NCBI GenBank assembly: GCA_020160975.1
Contig: JAIUPJ010000001.1
Span: 270,001 to 302,000 of the forward strand
DNA: 32,000 nt
From: Candidatus Saccharimonadota bacterium
Lineage (GTDB): Bacteria; Patescibacteriota; Saccharimonadia; Saccharimonadales; Saccharimonadaceae
Direction of reading: 5' to 3'
This document shows, one piece after another, positions 1-8,824 of this stretch (the stretch's first letter is position 1; each line of letters begins with the position of its first letter). A model generated the notes under the pieces. It did not search any database. It saw only the letters and a program-made list of their open reading frames with translations, and had not been told where the DNA came from. The translations under genes were made by a program, and so were the position numbers.

Positions 1-317
1 TCAAGCAGATTGAGCTGCTCCATTCCGAGCTGCGACTTGCTCGCATCCAGCGGCGCGACGGTATCAGACTTGAGAAACAGCTGTACTTGCCCACTCATAT
101 CGCGCAGCACAAGAAATGCCAACTTGCCGAACTTCCGGGTTGTCATGATACGTCCCGCCACCGTCACTGTCTGGTTCTCTAGGTCGTCAAAATTCCCGAC
201 TACATCCGCAATAGTTTGAGTGCGTGCTGTATCAGCGGGATAGGCGTTGACACCCAGCTTAGTCAATTCATCCAATTTTCGTAGGCGCTCGTCGCGCAGT
301 TCTTTCAGTGTTGCCAT
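1..317 (-). CDS. lysS: Lysyl-tRNA synthetase (class II), N-terminal part; the rest of the gene lies beyond the window start
   Basis: Absent from the ORF track because it runs off the window. The reverse complement from ATG 317..315 reads MATLKELRDERLRKLDELTKLGVNAYPADTARTQTIADVVGNFDDLENQTVTVAGRIMTTRKFGKLAFLVLRDMSGQVQLFLK... and stays open to position 1. This is the helical N-terminus plus OB-fold signature (GRIM..R.FGK..F..L.D..G..Q) typical of bacterial LysRS. Confidence 0.7.
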   Translation of the reverse strand, partial: MATLKELRDERLRKLDELTKLGVNAYPADTARTQTIADVVGNFDDLENQTVTVAGRIMTTRKFGKLAFLVLRDMSGQVQLFLKSDTVAPLDASKSQLGMEQLNLL

Positions 318-349
318 AATTGCTTTTATTATAGCAGAATACTAGAGGC

Positions 350-665
350 CGCACACGACATGCGGTATACTAGAATAGAACTAGACTCCCCGACAGAAAT
401 GAACATCATGCATGCATTTCGTACCGAACAAGTTGTCCTCCTTCCGCCCGGAACCGCGGGCTGTCCCCACGGACAGGTGGTCGGCCCGTCTCCCGATAGG
501 CCTGGTGAACTAACCGTCATGACAGGATCGGGCGATCCAATTATGATTGACGTGAGTCCCGAACAGCTCGAGGTATAAGCACCTCAGGCTCGCGGCAACA
601 CCTGTCGTTGCAGTATGGTCTAAGTTCACCTGCGCCCTCATCAGCCCGGTACTAGCCCTCCGCAA
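350..665 (-). ncRNA. Structured intergenic RNA candidate with partial RNase P RNA (type A)-like motifs; identity and strand unresolved
   Basis: A 400-nt non-coding gap in an otherwise tightly packed region. Nested long-range complementarities: 504-511 GGTGAACT with 623-630 AGTTCACC; 457-463 CGGGCTG with 642-648 CAGCCCG; 421-426 GTACCG with 647-652 CGGTAC. Local hairpins include 461-476. On the minus strand, ...CCGGGCUGAUGAGGGCGCAGGUG...UGCAACGACAGGUGUUGCCGCGAGCC...ACGGUUAGUUCACC... runs collinear with E. coli M1 RNA (CCGGGCUCCAUAGGGCAGGGUG...UGCAACAGAGAGCAAACCGCCGA...ACGGUAAACUCCACC). The universal GAGGAAAGUCC and ACAGAA motifs are not intact. Confidence 0.35.
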
Positions 666-670
666 CGAGG

Positions 671-699
671 AAAGCGCCCCGGGTTGGTGGGGCGCTTTT
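671..699. terminator. GC-rich hairpin between greA and the intergenic RNA region (bidirectional terminator candidate)
   Basis: AAAGCGCCCC (671-680) pairs with GGGGCGCTTT (689-698) around an 8-nt loop. It is followed by TTTTC on the + strand and lies 24 nt downstream of the greA stop on the minus strand, where the U-tract is poor. It could instead be a helix of the adjacent RNA. Confidence 0.4.
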
Positions 700-722
700 C
701 ATACCGTGACGAATGTTTGCTA

Positions 723-1178
723 TTAACTGATTGAAACAATCGTGTAGGTGGTATCGCCTTTTGGCGTAGTAATCGTAGCTTTGTCGCCAACAGCTTTGTC
801 GAGCAACGCAACACCAAGTGGCGATTCGTTGCTGATTTTGCCGCTAAGCGGATCCGCCTCAACAGGACCGACGATATGATACGTCACGGTCTTGCCGTTT
901 TTAACTTCCACAGTGCTGCCGAGCTGTACTTTGCTTGATTTCTTTGCCTTGATTTCCTCGGCGTTCATCAAAATGTCCTCGATTTCAGCGATGCGCGTCT
1001 CGACAAGCCCCTGCTCTTCGCGAGCGCTATCGTATTCGGCGTTCTCACTCAGATCTCCATAGTCACGAGCTTCTGCAATTTTGTCTGCAATATCGCCACG
1101 ACGACTTTTGAGTTCAGCTAACTCGGCCTCAAGTTCGGCGCGACCAACGGCAGTGATTTGGTATGCTTTTTTCATCAT
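723..1178 (-). CDS. greA: Transcription elongation factor GreA
   Basis: 151-aa ORF. N-terminal coiled coil (LSENAEYDSAREEQ...) and C-terminal globular domain are typical of GreA. SD AAAGAGG lies 7 nt upstream of the ATG. Confidence 0.9.
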   Translation of the reverse strand: MMKKAYQITAVGRAELEAELAELKSRRGDIADKIAEARDYGDLSENAEYDSAREEQGLVETRIAEIEDILMNAEEIKAKKSSKVQLGSTVEVKNGKTVTYHIVGPVEADPLSGKISNESPLGVALLDKAVGDKATITTPKGDTTYTIVSIS

Positions 1179-1262
1179 AATAGTACCTCTTTAATTCCGA
1201 GCCCTCTGGAAGGACCTAGCGTGTTCTGACTAGTGTTTCTTACCCCTCCAAGACTGCTCAAG

Positions 1263-2501
1263 TTAGCCCAGTTTAGCAAGTAATTCTTCTCTCGTCAAGA
1301 GCTCTGTTTCTCCAATCGCCCTTGGGGTGAACTCGAACGTATTCTCTTTGATTAGCCGGTCACTCACCGTCACACGATATGGGATGCCCAGCAGCTCAGC
1401 GTCCGCGAATTTTCTGCCTGGCCGCTCGTCACGGTCATCATACAGTACTTCGATACCCATGTCTTGCAGCTCGCGGTAGAGCGCATCTGCCTGCTCGGTC
1501 GATTCTTGCCCTATTTGCACTAGATACACCCGGTAGGGAGCGACGGCTTCTGGCCAGACTATCCCCTTGTCATCGGCAAATTTCTCAACAATCACGCCCA
1601 TAGCACGCGTAATACCAATGCCATACGACCCAAGGTAGACGGGTTTTTCAGTGCCATCTTTGTCAGTGAAATACAGCCCCATTTCCTCGCCTTTTTGTGA
1701 ACCAAAGTTAAAGATATTGCCCGCTTCAACTGATTTGACGCGTTCCATTTCGTCTTTACTTACACCCAGCTCTTTGACGGCGTCATCGAGCACTTCTTCG
1801 TTAACAGCAATATTTTTGCCGCGGTGCAGATAAACATAATCTTCACCAGCGTCGCAAATCGTCTGAAACTCGTGGCTAAACTTCGTAAACGCCCCACCGC
1901 TCGCAAAGGTGACATACGTATCGTCCCCGATACCAAGACGATCATACACATGCTTGTAGGCCTCGATGGTTTTGTCGTAGTAAGCCGCCAAATCCTCGGC
2001 CGACGCATGAAACGAATACATGTCTTTCATGACAAATTCGCGCCCACGCATCACGCCGCTCTTGGCGCGCAGCTCATTGCGCATCTTGGTTTGAAATTGA
2101 TACAAGCTGATTGGAAGATCTTTGTAACTCTGTACGTACTGTTGCATCATATCGACAATCGGCTCTTCGTGCGTCCAGCCAAACCCAACTTCCGTGCCGT
2201 CTTGCAGCGCAGACTTGAACCACACATCAACTTTTTCATCGCTCCAGCGGCCAGACTTTTCCCAGACCGCCTTGTTCTGCAGGCTAGTCATGATTAACTC
2301 CTGACTGTCGATCTTGTCCATTTCCTCGCGTACAATCTGCTTGATCTTGTCAAGCACACGAAGTCCGAGCGGCAAGTACGAATACGCCCCCGCCATTTCT
2401 TTGTAGACATAGCCTGCGCGGATCAGCAGTTGCGCATTCTTGGCGACTTCGTCAGCTGGCGCCTGTTTGGTTGTTTTGGTAAATAATTTTGATACTCGCA
2501 T
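1263..2501 (-). CDS. proS: Prolyl-tRNA synthetase, bacterial-type but lacking the INS editing insertion (about 412 aa)
   Basis: Class II aaRS motifs are present (RAGYV..., FQTKMRNELR, RGREFVMKDMYSF, GSYGIGITR). I place the start at ATG 2501 (MRVSKLF...), preceded by SD AAAGAG. The longer track ORF to 2618 would overlap the upstream gene. Confidence 0.88.
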   Translation of the reverse strand: MRVSKLFTKTTKQAPADEVAKNAQLLIRAGYVYKEMAGAYSYLPLGLRVLDKIKQIVREEMDKIDSQELIMTSLQNKAVWEKSGRWSDEKVDVWFKSALQDGTEVGFGWTHEEPIVDMMQQYVQSYKDLPISLYQFQTKMRNELRAKSGVMRGREFVMKDMYSFHASAEDLAAYYDKTIEAYKHVYDRLGIGDDTYVTFASGGAFTKFSHEFQTICDAGEDYVYLHRGKNIAVNEEVLDDAVKELGVSKDEMERVKSVEAGNIFNFGSQKGEEMGLYFTDKDGTEKPVYLGSYGIGITRAMGVIVEKFADDKGIVWPEAVAPYRVYLVQIGQESTEQADALYRELQDMGIEVLYDDRDERPGRKFADAELLGIPYRVTVSDRLIKENTFEFTPRAIGETELLTREELLAKLG

Positions 2502-2533
2502 AATACTCTTTACTATACAGATAGCCCGCCGAC

Positions 2534-3280
2534 TTAGCCAGTCATCGATTGAGATGCCACGAATACGAACCAAAATGCCACGGCGTTTTTTAGGATATGT
2601 AGCACTACGCCCGGCCAAATTGTCCCGGTTATATCACGCAGATAACATGCCACTACTGAGAGACAGAACACATCCAGACCAACATTCCACTGTCCATGCG
2701 CCACCCCAAACAACGCACTAACAATCAGAATTGCCGGCCATTTTGTCATATGATGATCGCGTAGCTCACCGTATAATACCCCGCGGAAAATAAATTCCTC
2801 GAACAGTGGCGTCAAGACCACCAATACAATGTATGCAGCAAGCAGTTCGCCGCCCACTAAATGGGTCGACAGACCGAGATTTTGCGTCTGCGTGACATCA
2901 ATACCAGGCACTTTTGACAATGCAAGTTGCGTAACAATCGTGAACAGCCCATACACTACCACTCCGGCCAGAGCGAGACCGATATCACCATAACGCAGTA
3001 CGCGTCCAATACCAAGTCGCTTCAGCGAAAGCGACATGCGTTTAGCAAACAGGAACGGTAACGCCAGTAAGAGCAGCGCCATGACGACATACATCACCAA
3101 CCGAAATATGAGATTTCCCATGGTAGTTTCCACTGACCACGCAATCCCCATGCCTCGAGCCGCCATGACGAGCAAGGTCGCGATAAGCGAAGCCAGCACA
3201 AAACTAGCGACGAAACTTGTCACCCACAGCGCCCATATCAACACGCGCCGCCAGGAGACCACCCCCACCAGCTTACGCAT
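2534..3280 (-). CDS. CPBP-family intramembrane glutamic endopeptidase (CAAX protease / Abi-like)
   Basis: Polytopic membrane protein carrying EEFIFRG, FGVAHG and HILKN motifs. Confidence 0.75.
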   Translation of the reverse strand: MRKLVGVVSWRRVLIWALWVTSFVASFVLASLIATLLVMAARGMGIAWSVETTMGNLIFRLVMYVVMALLLLALPFLFAKRMSLSLKRLGIGRVLRYGDIGLALAGVVVYGLFTIVTQLALSKVPGIDVTQTQNLGLSTHLVGGELLAAYIVLVVLTPLFEEFIFRGVLYGELRDHHMTKWPAILIVSALFGVAHGQWNVGLDVFCLSVVACYLRDITGTIWPGVVLHILKNAVAFWFVFVASQSMTG

Positions 3281-3281
3281 A

Positions 3282-4442
3282 CTAGCGCAGCTTTCCGATA
3301 TCGGCGATGGTAATCAACACTACCAACCCCATCAAAATCATAAAGCCAGCTCCATGTATCTTCTCCTCGAGTTCTTTCGTCAATGGCTTTTTCATGATCT
3401 TGAACACTGCCGTCACGAACCAGCGGCCGCCATCGAGTGCTGGAATCGGCAGGATATTCATAACCGCAAGTGTCAGTGAGATAATCGCCGCCAGCATCAG
3501 CACGTAGGTTGGGCCGGCTTTTTCGGCCGCTGGAAAAATCACGCCAAATATCCCCACCGGTCCTGCCACACTGTCACCAACAGATGCCAATTTTTTGTCG
3601 GCATCGGCTTTCTGCTGGCTGTTGCCAACGAGCTTCATAGACAGCCCCGATACGCCGTCCACTATCATCCCTCCGAGGCCCTGGAGCGTTGCCCATGACA
3701 ATTGAGCGGTTGTACATATGCCCACGATTGGTGCTGACCAGCTGGCGCGAATCAGCTCTTGCTGTGCTGGGCTTGCGCCCATATAACCCTTTTGGTCGTC
3801 GTTGTTGGCACGGAGCGCCACTGTTGTTTCATGCTCGACATTCCCGCGAGAATAAATAATACGAAGGGACTTACCTTTGTTCTCCGTGGCAATCGCCGAC
3901 AGGTCTTTAGCACTGGTGAGCGGCGCGCCGTTGACGCGCAAAATCTTATCACCCTGCTGCAAGCCGGCCTGCGCTGCTGGCATATTCTGGCTCACGCCAA
4001 CCAACTCGACTGGTTGGTTAACTGACACCGTGTCGCCAGGCACCGTAAATTGATTTGTAAGAATTCGCGGCATACCAATCGCTGCCAAAATCGACAATAG
4101 CAATGCTGCCGTCAACCAGTTCATGGCAACGCCGGCGAGCAAAATCTGCGTCTTCTGCCAAAATGTCGCGGCGCCATAGTCACCTTTCTTTCGTGCAGCG
4201 TCATGCTCACCTTGCAGCTTGACGAACCCTCCTAGTGGTAGCCAGTTGAGGCTAAACAATACGTTCTTGCCGAGGATACTCTCTGAAATCCTCTTGCCCC
4301 AAGCTTTTGGCGGGAATCCTACGCCGAACTCTTCAACGATCACTCCATACCGTTTTGCCACCAGCGCGTGTCCCAATTCGTGCAGGACTACAAGTATCAC
4401 CAGCACGATCACACCGATAATAATTCCCAAAATAAGATCCAT
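3282..4442 (-). CDS. rseP: RIP site-2 metalloprotease (M50 family, RseP-like) with PDZ domain
   Basis: HELGHALVAK (HExxH) in TM1, a central PDZ-like segment (GLQQGDKILRVNG) and a C-terminal NxxPxxxLDGG-like motif (NILPIPALDGG). Confidence 0.88.
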   Translation of the reverse strand: MDLILGIIIGVIVLVILVVLHELGHALVAKRYGVIVEEFGVGFPPKAWGKRISESILGKNVLFSLNWLPLGGFVKLQGEHDAARKKGDYGAATFWQKTQILLAGVAMNWLTAALLLSILAAIGMPRILTNQFTVPGDTVSVNQPVELVGVSQNMPAAQAGLQQGDKILRVNGAPLTSAKDLSAIATENKGKSLRIIYSRGNVEHETTVALRANNDDQKGYMGASPAQQELIRASWSAPIVGICTTAQLSWATLQGLGGMIVDGVSGLSMKLVGNSQQKADADKKLASVGDSVAGPVGIFGVIFPAAEKAGPTYVLMLAAIISLTLAVMNILPIPALDGGRWFVTAVFKIMKKPLTKELEEKIHGAGFMILMGLVVLITIADIGKLR

Positions 4443-5132
4443 CTACCCTCCAAATCGTCGCCCGCGGCGTTTATATTCCTCTAGTATAGCGACTACATCA
4501 GCCTTTGTCATGTCAGGCCACAGTTTTTCCATAAACAGGAGTTCGCTGTAGGCACTCCGCCACAGCATAAAGTTGCTAAGCCGTTGCTCACCGCTGGTAC
4601 GCACAATCAAATCACAGGGTGGAATATCTGGCGCATACAGTTGTGCCTCGATCAATTCTGGAGTAATTTCTTCAGGCAACACACCGGATTGAACAATTTT
4701 TTTGCACGCATCGGCTATCTCTTGCTGGCCGCCGTAATTCAAACAGAGCACCAGCGTGCCACCCGTATTCGCTGCCGTTTCACGCGTTGCAGTATCGATG
4801 GCATCGCAGACTCTCTGGCTCAGCTTCTCGCGCGTCCCAAGCACCACGATACGTATATTTTCTTTTTGAAATGTACCGAGCTTGTTCTTCAAGACACGAA
4901 CTAGCAGTGCCATAAGTTTTGAGGCTTCCGTCTCACTGCGCTTCCAGTTCTCAGTGCTAAATACATAGGCACTCGCATAGGGGACCCCTGCTCGCAACGT
5001 CTCTAACAACACCGTCTCGAGCGCTTTTTCACCGGCATAGTGCCCCTCCCATGGAGACAAGCCTCGTGCTTTCGCCCACCGACGATTCCCGTCGACGATA
5101 TACCCGATATGTCTGGGGAGCTCACTCATCAA
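4443..5132 (-). CDS. uppS: Isoprenyl transferase (undecaprenyl-diphosphate synthase)
   Basis: IVDGNRRWAK, FSTENWKR and RTSGEQRLSNFMLWRSAYSEL motifs. It abuts rseP and overlaps frr by 4 nt. Confidence 0.92.
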   Translation of the reverse strand: MMSELPRHIGYIVDGNRRWAKARGLSPWEGHYAGEKALETVLLETLRAGVPYASAYVFSTENWKRSETEASKLMALLVRVLKNKLGTFQKENIRIVVLGTREKLSQRVCDAIDTATRETAANTGGTLVLCLNYGGQQEIADACKKIVQSGVLPEEITPELIEAQLYAPDIPPCDLIVRTSGEQRLSNFMLWRSAYSELLFMEKLWPDMTKADVVAILEEYKRRGRRFGG

Positions 5133-5683
5133 ATTGTCAAAATATCCTTTTCTTTGGCCTTAAACGCGTCTTCAATTTTGCCTTGATGCTCACTCATCAA
5201 GCGATCGAACTCTTTTTCAACCATCTTCAGCTCGTCTTCAGAGAGCTCCTTTGCCTCTTTCTTTGCCTTGGCATCTTTGAGCCCATCTTGGCGGATATTG
5301 CGCATCGCGATACGCGCTTCTTCTACCTTTTCACTCGCCTGCTTGACCAGCTGCTTACGGCGCTCCTCGGTGAGAGCCGGGATCGGAATTCGCACCACGC
5401 GACCGTCATCGCTAGGGTTTAGCCCCAAACTTGGGTCATTACGAATCGCTGCGGCGATTTTTTGGATATTGCTTGGGTCAAATGGCGTAATCTGTAGCAG
5501 CTGTGCTTCTGGCGCAGTGATGTTCGCCACTTGGTTCAGAGGCGTCTCGACGCCATACGCTTCAACCTTGATTCCATCAAGCATGCTTGGGTGCGCCCGG
5601 CCAGTACGTATCTTGTTCAACTCACTTTCAAGATGCTCCAGCGCACCGGTCATTTTCAGTTCATATTCATCAGTATCAAACAT
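5129..5683 (-). CDS. frr: Ribosome recycling factor
   Basis: 184 aa with full-length RRF-like sequence (LEHL...IRTGRAHPSMLD...EERRKQLVK...). SD AAAGAGG is upstream. Confidence 0.93.
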   Translation of the reverse strand: MFDTDEYELKMTGALEHLESELNKIRTGRAHPSMLDGIKVEAYGVETPLNQVANITAPEAQLLQITPFDPSNIQKIAAAIRNDPSLGLNPSDDGRVVRIPIPALTEERRKQLVKQASEKVEEARIAMRNIRQDGLKDAKAKKEAKELSEDELKMVEKEFDRLMSEHQGKIEDAFKAKEKDILTI

Positions 5684-5746
5684 ATATCACCTCTTTCTTG
5701 TTATCTATTATACAGTTACTGTATCAAATTGCAGGTACAGAACCCC

Positions 5747-5790
5747 ACTACCTAAATAGTCTCGATGTGCATCGAGACTATTTAGGTAGT
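5747..5790. terminator. Perfect 21-bp inverted repeat (hairpin) between the lipoprotein gene and frr
   Basis: ACTACCTAAATAGTCTCGATG (5747-5767) is the exact reverse complement of 5770-5790. It lies 14 nt downstream of the minus-strand stop at 5804. No U-tract follows on either strand. Confidence 0.4.
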
Positions 5791-5803
5791 TTGAGAAGTG
5801 CGA

Positions 5804-6556
5804 CTAGAGATCGGCTATCTCGTCAACAGCCTGCTGAAGATTATCGGGTGTTTCATCCAAGATCATGTCGCCGGTGTGTTGTTGGTGAACAAAGAATCTC
5901 GAGACGATGCCACTGCCTTTCAGTGAGTCGACCAGCGCTTGTACTGATTGCAAGTTTGGTTCAGTGCTACTTGTCACCACCACCGTATCGTAGGATTCTG
6001 ATGATTGGTACAGTCCTTCCTCGGCGGAGATGTCTTTATCGTCCAGCAATTCACCGCTTTTTGTGATAATCGGGTAAAAATCCCTCGCGCTTATTGACGT
6101 TTCCCAAGTGCCGTCGACCGTTCTTTTGGTTGTTACGTATGCGTAGCTATAGTTACGCCTCATGTCACCATTTTCAAATGTCTCAGTGCCGGGTAGCGTA
6201 TCTAGAAACATCAGGTCATCGTTGTACATCGCGTTAACTGACAGCGTATTCTTCTCACTATCGTACGATTGGCTTGACTCACCGCCGAATTTCTCTAGAA
6301 GCGTACCGAGGTTCTCAAGCGCAATATCAGCAGCGATACGGCGCTGCTCGTCAGTGATAGTATCTGGTGAGCTTGCACCAAGCGCAGCCTCAGCGGGTGC
6401 TGTTACCGTTATGGTTGGTGCTGGAGCAGCCTCATCACCGACAGAACATCCAACAAGTGTCGATGCCGCGGCAGTAAGGCCTGCAGCGATTTCAGCTGCT
6501 CGGCGACGTGGGCTTTTGCCTTTTTCGGCTTTTGGTGCGTTATAATGTTTGATCAT
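5804..6556 (-). CDS. Hypothetical secreted lipoprotein
   Basis: The N-terminus MIKHYNAPKAEKGKSPRRRAAEIAAGLTAAASTLVGC contains a lipobox (LVGC). I recognise no catalytic motif. Confidence 0.6.
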   Translation of the reverse strand: MIKHYNAPKAEKGKSPRRRAAEIAAGLTAAASTLVGCSVGDEAAPAPTITVTAPAEAALGASSPDTITDEQRRIAADIALENLGTLLEKFGGESSQSYDSEKNTLSVNAMYNDDLMFLDTLPGTETFENGDMRRNYSYAYVTTKRTVDGTWETSISARDFYPIITKSGELLDDKDISAEEGLYQSSESYDTVVVTSSTEPNLQSVQALVDSLKGSGIVSRFFVHQQHTGDMILDETPDNLQQAVDEIADL

Positions 6557-6748
6557 TGTAGCGGAGATACTTTATAATTTAAAATACTTATGGCTATTTA
6601 TGTTTTAACTATACTCTCTCTTGATTTGTCAAGTTATTTTAAACATCTTCTTGCTCCCCTGTCAGTCCTATGACCTATCATCCTCTTGCAACTCTCCCAT
6701 GATCCAGGCTCTATTCTCCTTGGAGCCCATCTCCCCTATACTAAAGAC

Positions 6749-7822
6749 ATGCCCATCAAGGAGATTCGGGTGCGCGGTATGCGACCGTATGATTTATTTA
6801 GCGTGGTGCTCGATGAGCATATCACGCTTGTTCTTGGCAACAACGGCACTGGCAAAACCACACTCCTCGAAGCTCTCTTCTATATGGCGCAGGGCACCAG
6901 CTTTCGTGGCCGCGACCGCGACATGATTGCCCACGACAGCACCCGAACCGACCTATTGCAGATTGATGACGACGGGAGTGAGCGCCGCGCCTCACTCCAG
7001 CAATCCGCCGATGATAAAGTCAAAAAATCTTTCATCATCGATGGCAAAACCACCATGCGCATGCTCTCAAAGCACCGTCAGCCAGTTGTGCTTTTCGAGC
7101 CTGATGAACTACGGCTACTGAGCAGCTCACCCGAACGACGACGCAAGTTTTTTGACGGTATTCTGACCCGACTCTACCCCCAATATGCTACCGTTCTAGC
7201 TCGCTATCAGCGAGTGCTCATGCAGCGCAACGAGCTCCTCAAACAGCGCGAAATGTTAGATTCTGAGACCTGGGAGTCACAGTTATTTGTCTGGGACATT
7301 AAACTCGCCGAGCTCGCCACCACCATCACTACGATGCGACGCGAATTTATCGTCACCAGCAACACCCACATTGGGAGGCTATATTCGGTGCTCGCCGATG
7401 CCGAGCACCATGTCACCATTAGTTATGTGTCGTCAATTGGTGCCGACAATTATCGTCAATCGCTGATCAATCACCTCACTGCACAGCGCATTACCGACAG
7501 CTACCGCGGCTATACAAGCAGTGGCCCGCACCGCGATGACTTTTCCGTGCAGCTCGACGGTCATGCTGCTGGCGAGACCGCCAGTCGTGGTGAGATGCGC
7601 AGCATCATGCTTGCCTACAAGCTCCTCGAAATTGAACTTCAGCAAGAAGCCTACGGCAGTACCCCTCTCATCCTCATGGACGATGTCTTCTCGGAGCTCG
7701 ATGTCACTCGTGAGCAGCAACTCATGGCAGCACTGGCTGGCTACCAAACAGTAATCACCGCTACTGATCTACGTGATGAGTTAAAAATACATGCAAAAAT
7801 CGTTACCCTTCATCAGTCATAG
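6749..7822 (+). CDS. recF: DNA replication and repair protein RecF
   Basis: Walker A GNNGTGKTTLLEA, an SMC-like signature and Walker B (LILMDDVFSELD). I place the start at ATG 6749 (MPIKEIRV...). TATACT lies 7 nt upstream and there is no SD. Confidence 0.88.
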   Translation: MPIKEIRVRGMRPYDLFSVVLDEHITLVLGNNGTGKTTLLEALFYMAQGTSFRGRDRDMIAHDSTRTDLLQIDDDGSERRASLQQSADDKVKKSFIIDGKTTMRMLSKHRQPVVLFEPDELRLLSSSPERRRKFFDGILTRLYPQYATVLARYQRVLMQRNELLKQREMLDSETWESQLFVWDIKLAELATTITTMRREFIVTSNTHIGRLYSVLADAEHHVTISYVSSIGADNYRQSLINHLTAQRITDSYRGYTSSGPHRDDFSVQLDGHAAGETASRGEMRSIMLAYKLLEIELQQEAYGSTPLILMDDVFSELDVTREQQLMAALAGYQTVITATDLRDELKIHAKIVTLHQS

Positions 7823-7831
7823 TCGTACGCC

Positions 7832-8806
7832 CTACTGCTTGTCCGCCAAAACCCGAAACGCAAATCGTAAGGGCTTGTCGACAAAAAGCCGTCTGACTCC
7901 TCTGAGTGAATAAAACTCTCCGTCAGTTTGCACGTTCATTGGTCGGTGAGGATGCTTATGCTCAATACATGTCCGGTAAACGTCTGCACCTGGTATTCCA
8001 CCTTGGCTCACCATCTTCACCGCTGTTTGGGCAATCAGTGCGAGACGAGCAGTGTTGAGCTCGGCATAATGATACTTCTCTTCGCGGAAACAATACGCCT
8101 CTGGGCTCCACACGACCGAGGCCATCCGTGAGCCATTCAGCAAGACTACGTCTGTCGCTTCAGTTTGACCCAACGATGTTCCGTACGTAATCTCAAATCG
8201 TTCACCGAGAAAATTGCGATCGGGTCTGTGATTATTGTAGTATTTGACCATCTCGACTGCACTTCGCAAAAACATAGCTCGCTTGCCAACGATTCGCTTG
8301 CGAACCTCACCATCACTAAAATGCTCCGCCGCACCAGTCGTCAATTCACCGAGCGTAAGATATGATAACGCTAGCCAGTCGTGAACTGCCGTTCCAGCAC
8401 TGTCAATCGTACGAACATGCAGCGGGTGAAACTCTTTTTGCCCCATGTCATCATTGGCCATCGCCAGGACATTCCGCTTGGCTTTGCCAGATATCGATGC
8501 ACTATCAGAACGGTTACCATACGCCATGAATCCAACCTGAACTTCTGAGAGCAGCCCTGCTATTTGCAGCGCATTAACTGCCAGTGCCGCCATTCCGTCG
8601 CCTCCAGCTTCGAGCACTCGATCACCGGGCCGTACGCATGCAGTGAGTTGCTCGGCCAGTGCGTCAGCTTCTCCGCTCTGCGTTTCGACCGCAACATGAG
8701 CAATCCGCTCATGATCGAGCGGATGGAGTACGTCACGACGAATATCTTGGGCGCGACTGCTAGTTGGATTGCTCACCACCACGAGCTGTTCATAGCTACG
8801 AGGCAT
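7832..8806 (-). CDS. Diacylglycerol-kinase-catalytic-domain family lipid kinase (YegS/BmrU-like)
   Basis: The GGDG motif (EAGGDGMA) and overall DAGK_cat-like layout. Substrate unknown. Confidence 0.6.
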   Translation of the reverse strand: MPRSYEQLVVVSNPTSSRAQDIRRDVLHPLDHERIAHVAVETQSGEADALAEQLTACVRPGDRVLEAGGDGMAALAVNALQIAGLLSEVQVGFMAYGNRSDSASISGKAKRNVLAMANDDMGQKEFHPLHVRTIDSAGTAVHDWLALSYLTLGELTTGAAEHFSDGEVRKRIVGKRAMFLRSAVEMVKYYNNHRPDRNFLGERFEITYGTSLGQTEATDVVLLNGSRMASVVWSPEAYCFREEKYHYAELNTARLALIAQTAVKMVSQGGIPGADVYRTCIEHKHPHRPMNVQTDGEFYSLRGVRRLFVDKPLRFAFRVLADKQ

Positions 8807-8824
8807 TGTACGAACGACTGCTAT

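Noticed and set aside
360-578. 72-aa + strand ORF (and the 63-aa minus ORF at 329-520) in the greA-lysS gap
   Set aside because: There is no SD and no recognisable protein features. The region is dominated by GC-rich, self-complementary segments typical of structured RNA. I treat these as non-coding.
640-665. T-box-like string GGGCUAGUACCGGG (minus strand) upstream of lysS
   Set aside because: The bulge would read UAGU rather than UGGN, so it cannot pair with a tRNA NCCA end. It lies about 330 nt from lysS at the 5' rather than the 3' end of the putative leader. lysS has its own TATAAT 10 nt upstream of the ATG.
667-674. GAGGAAAG on the + strand, matching the start of the RNase P CR-I motif (GAGGAAAGUCC)
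   Set aside because: An RNase P RNA starting here on the + strand would have to run about 300 nt antisense through the well-supported greA CDS. The motif is also part of the terminator-like hairpin. I take it as coincidence.
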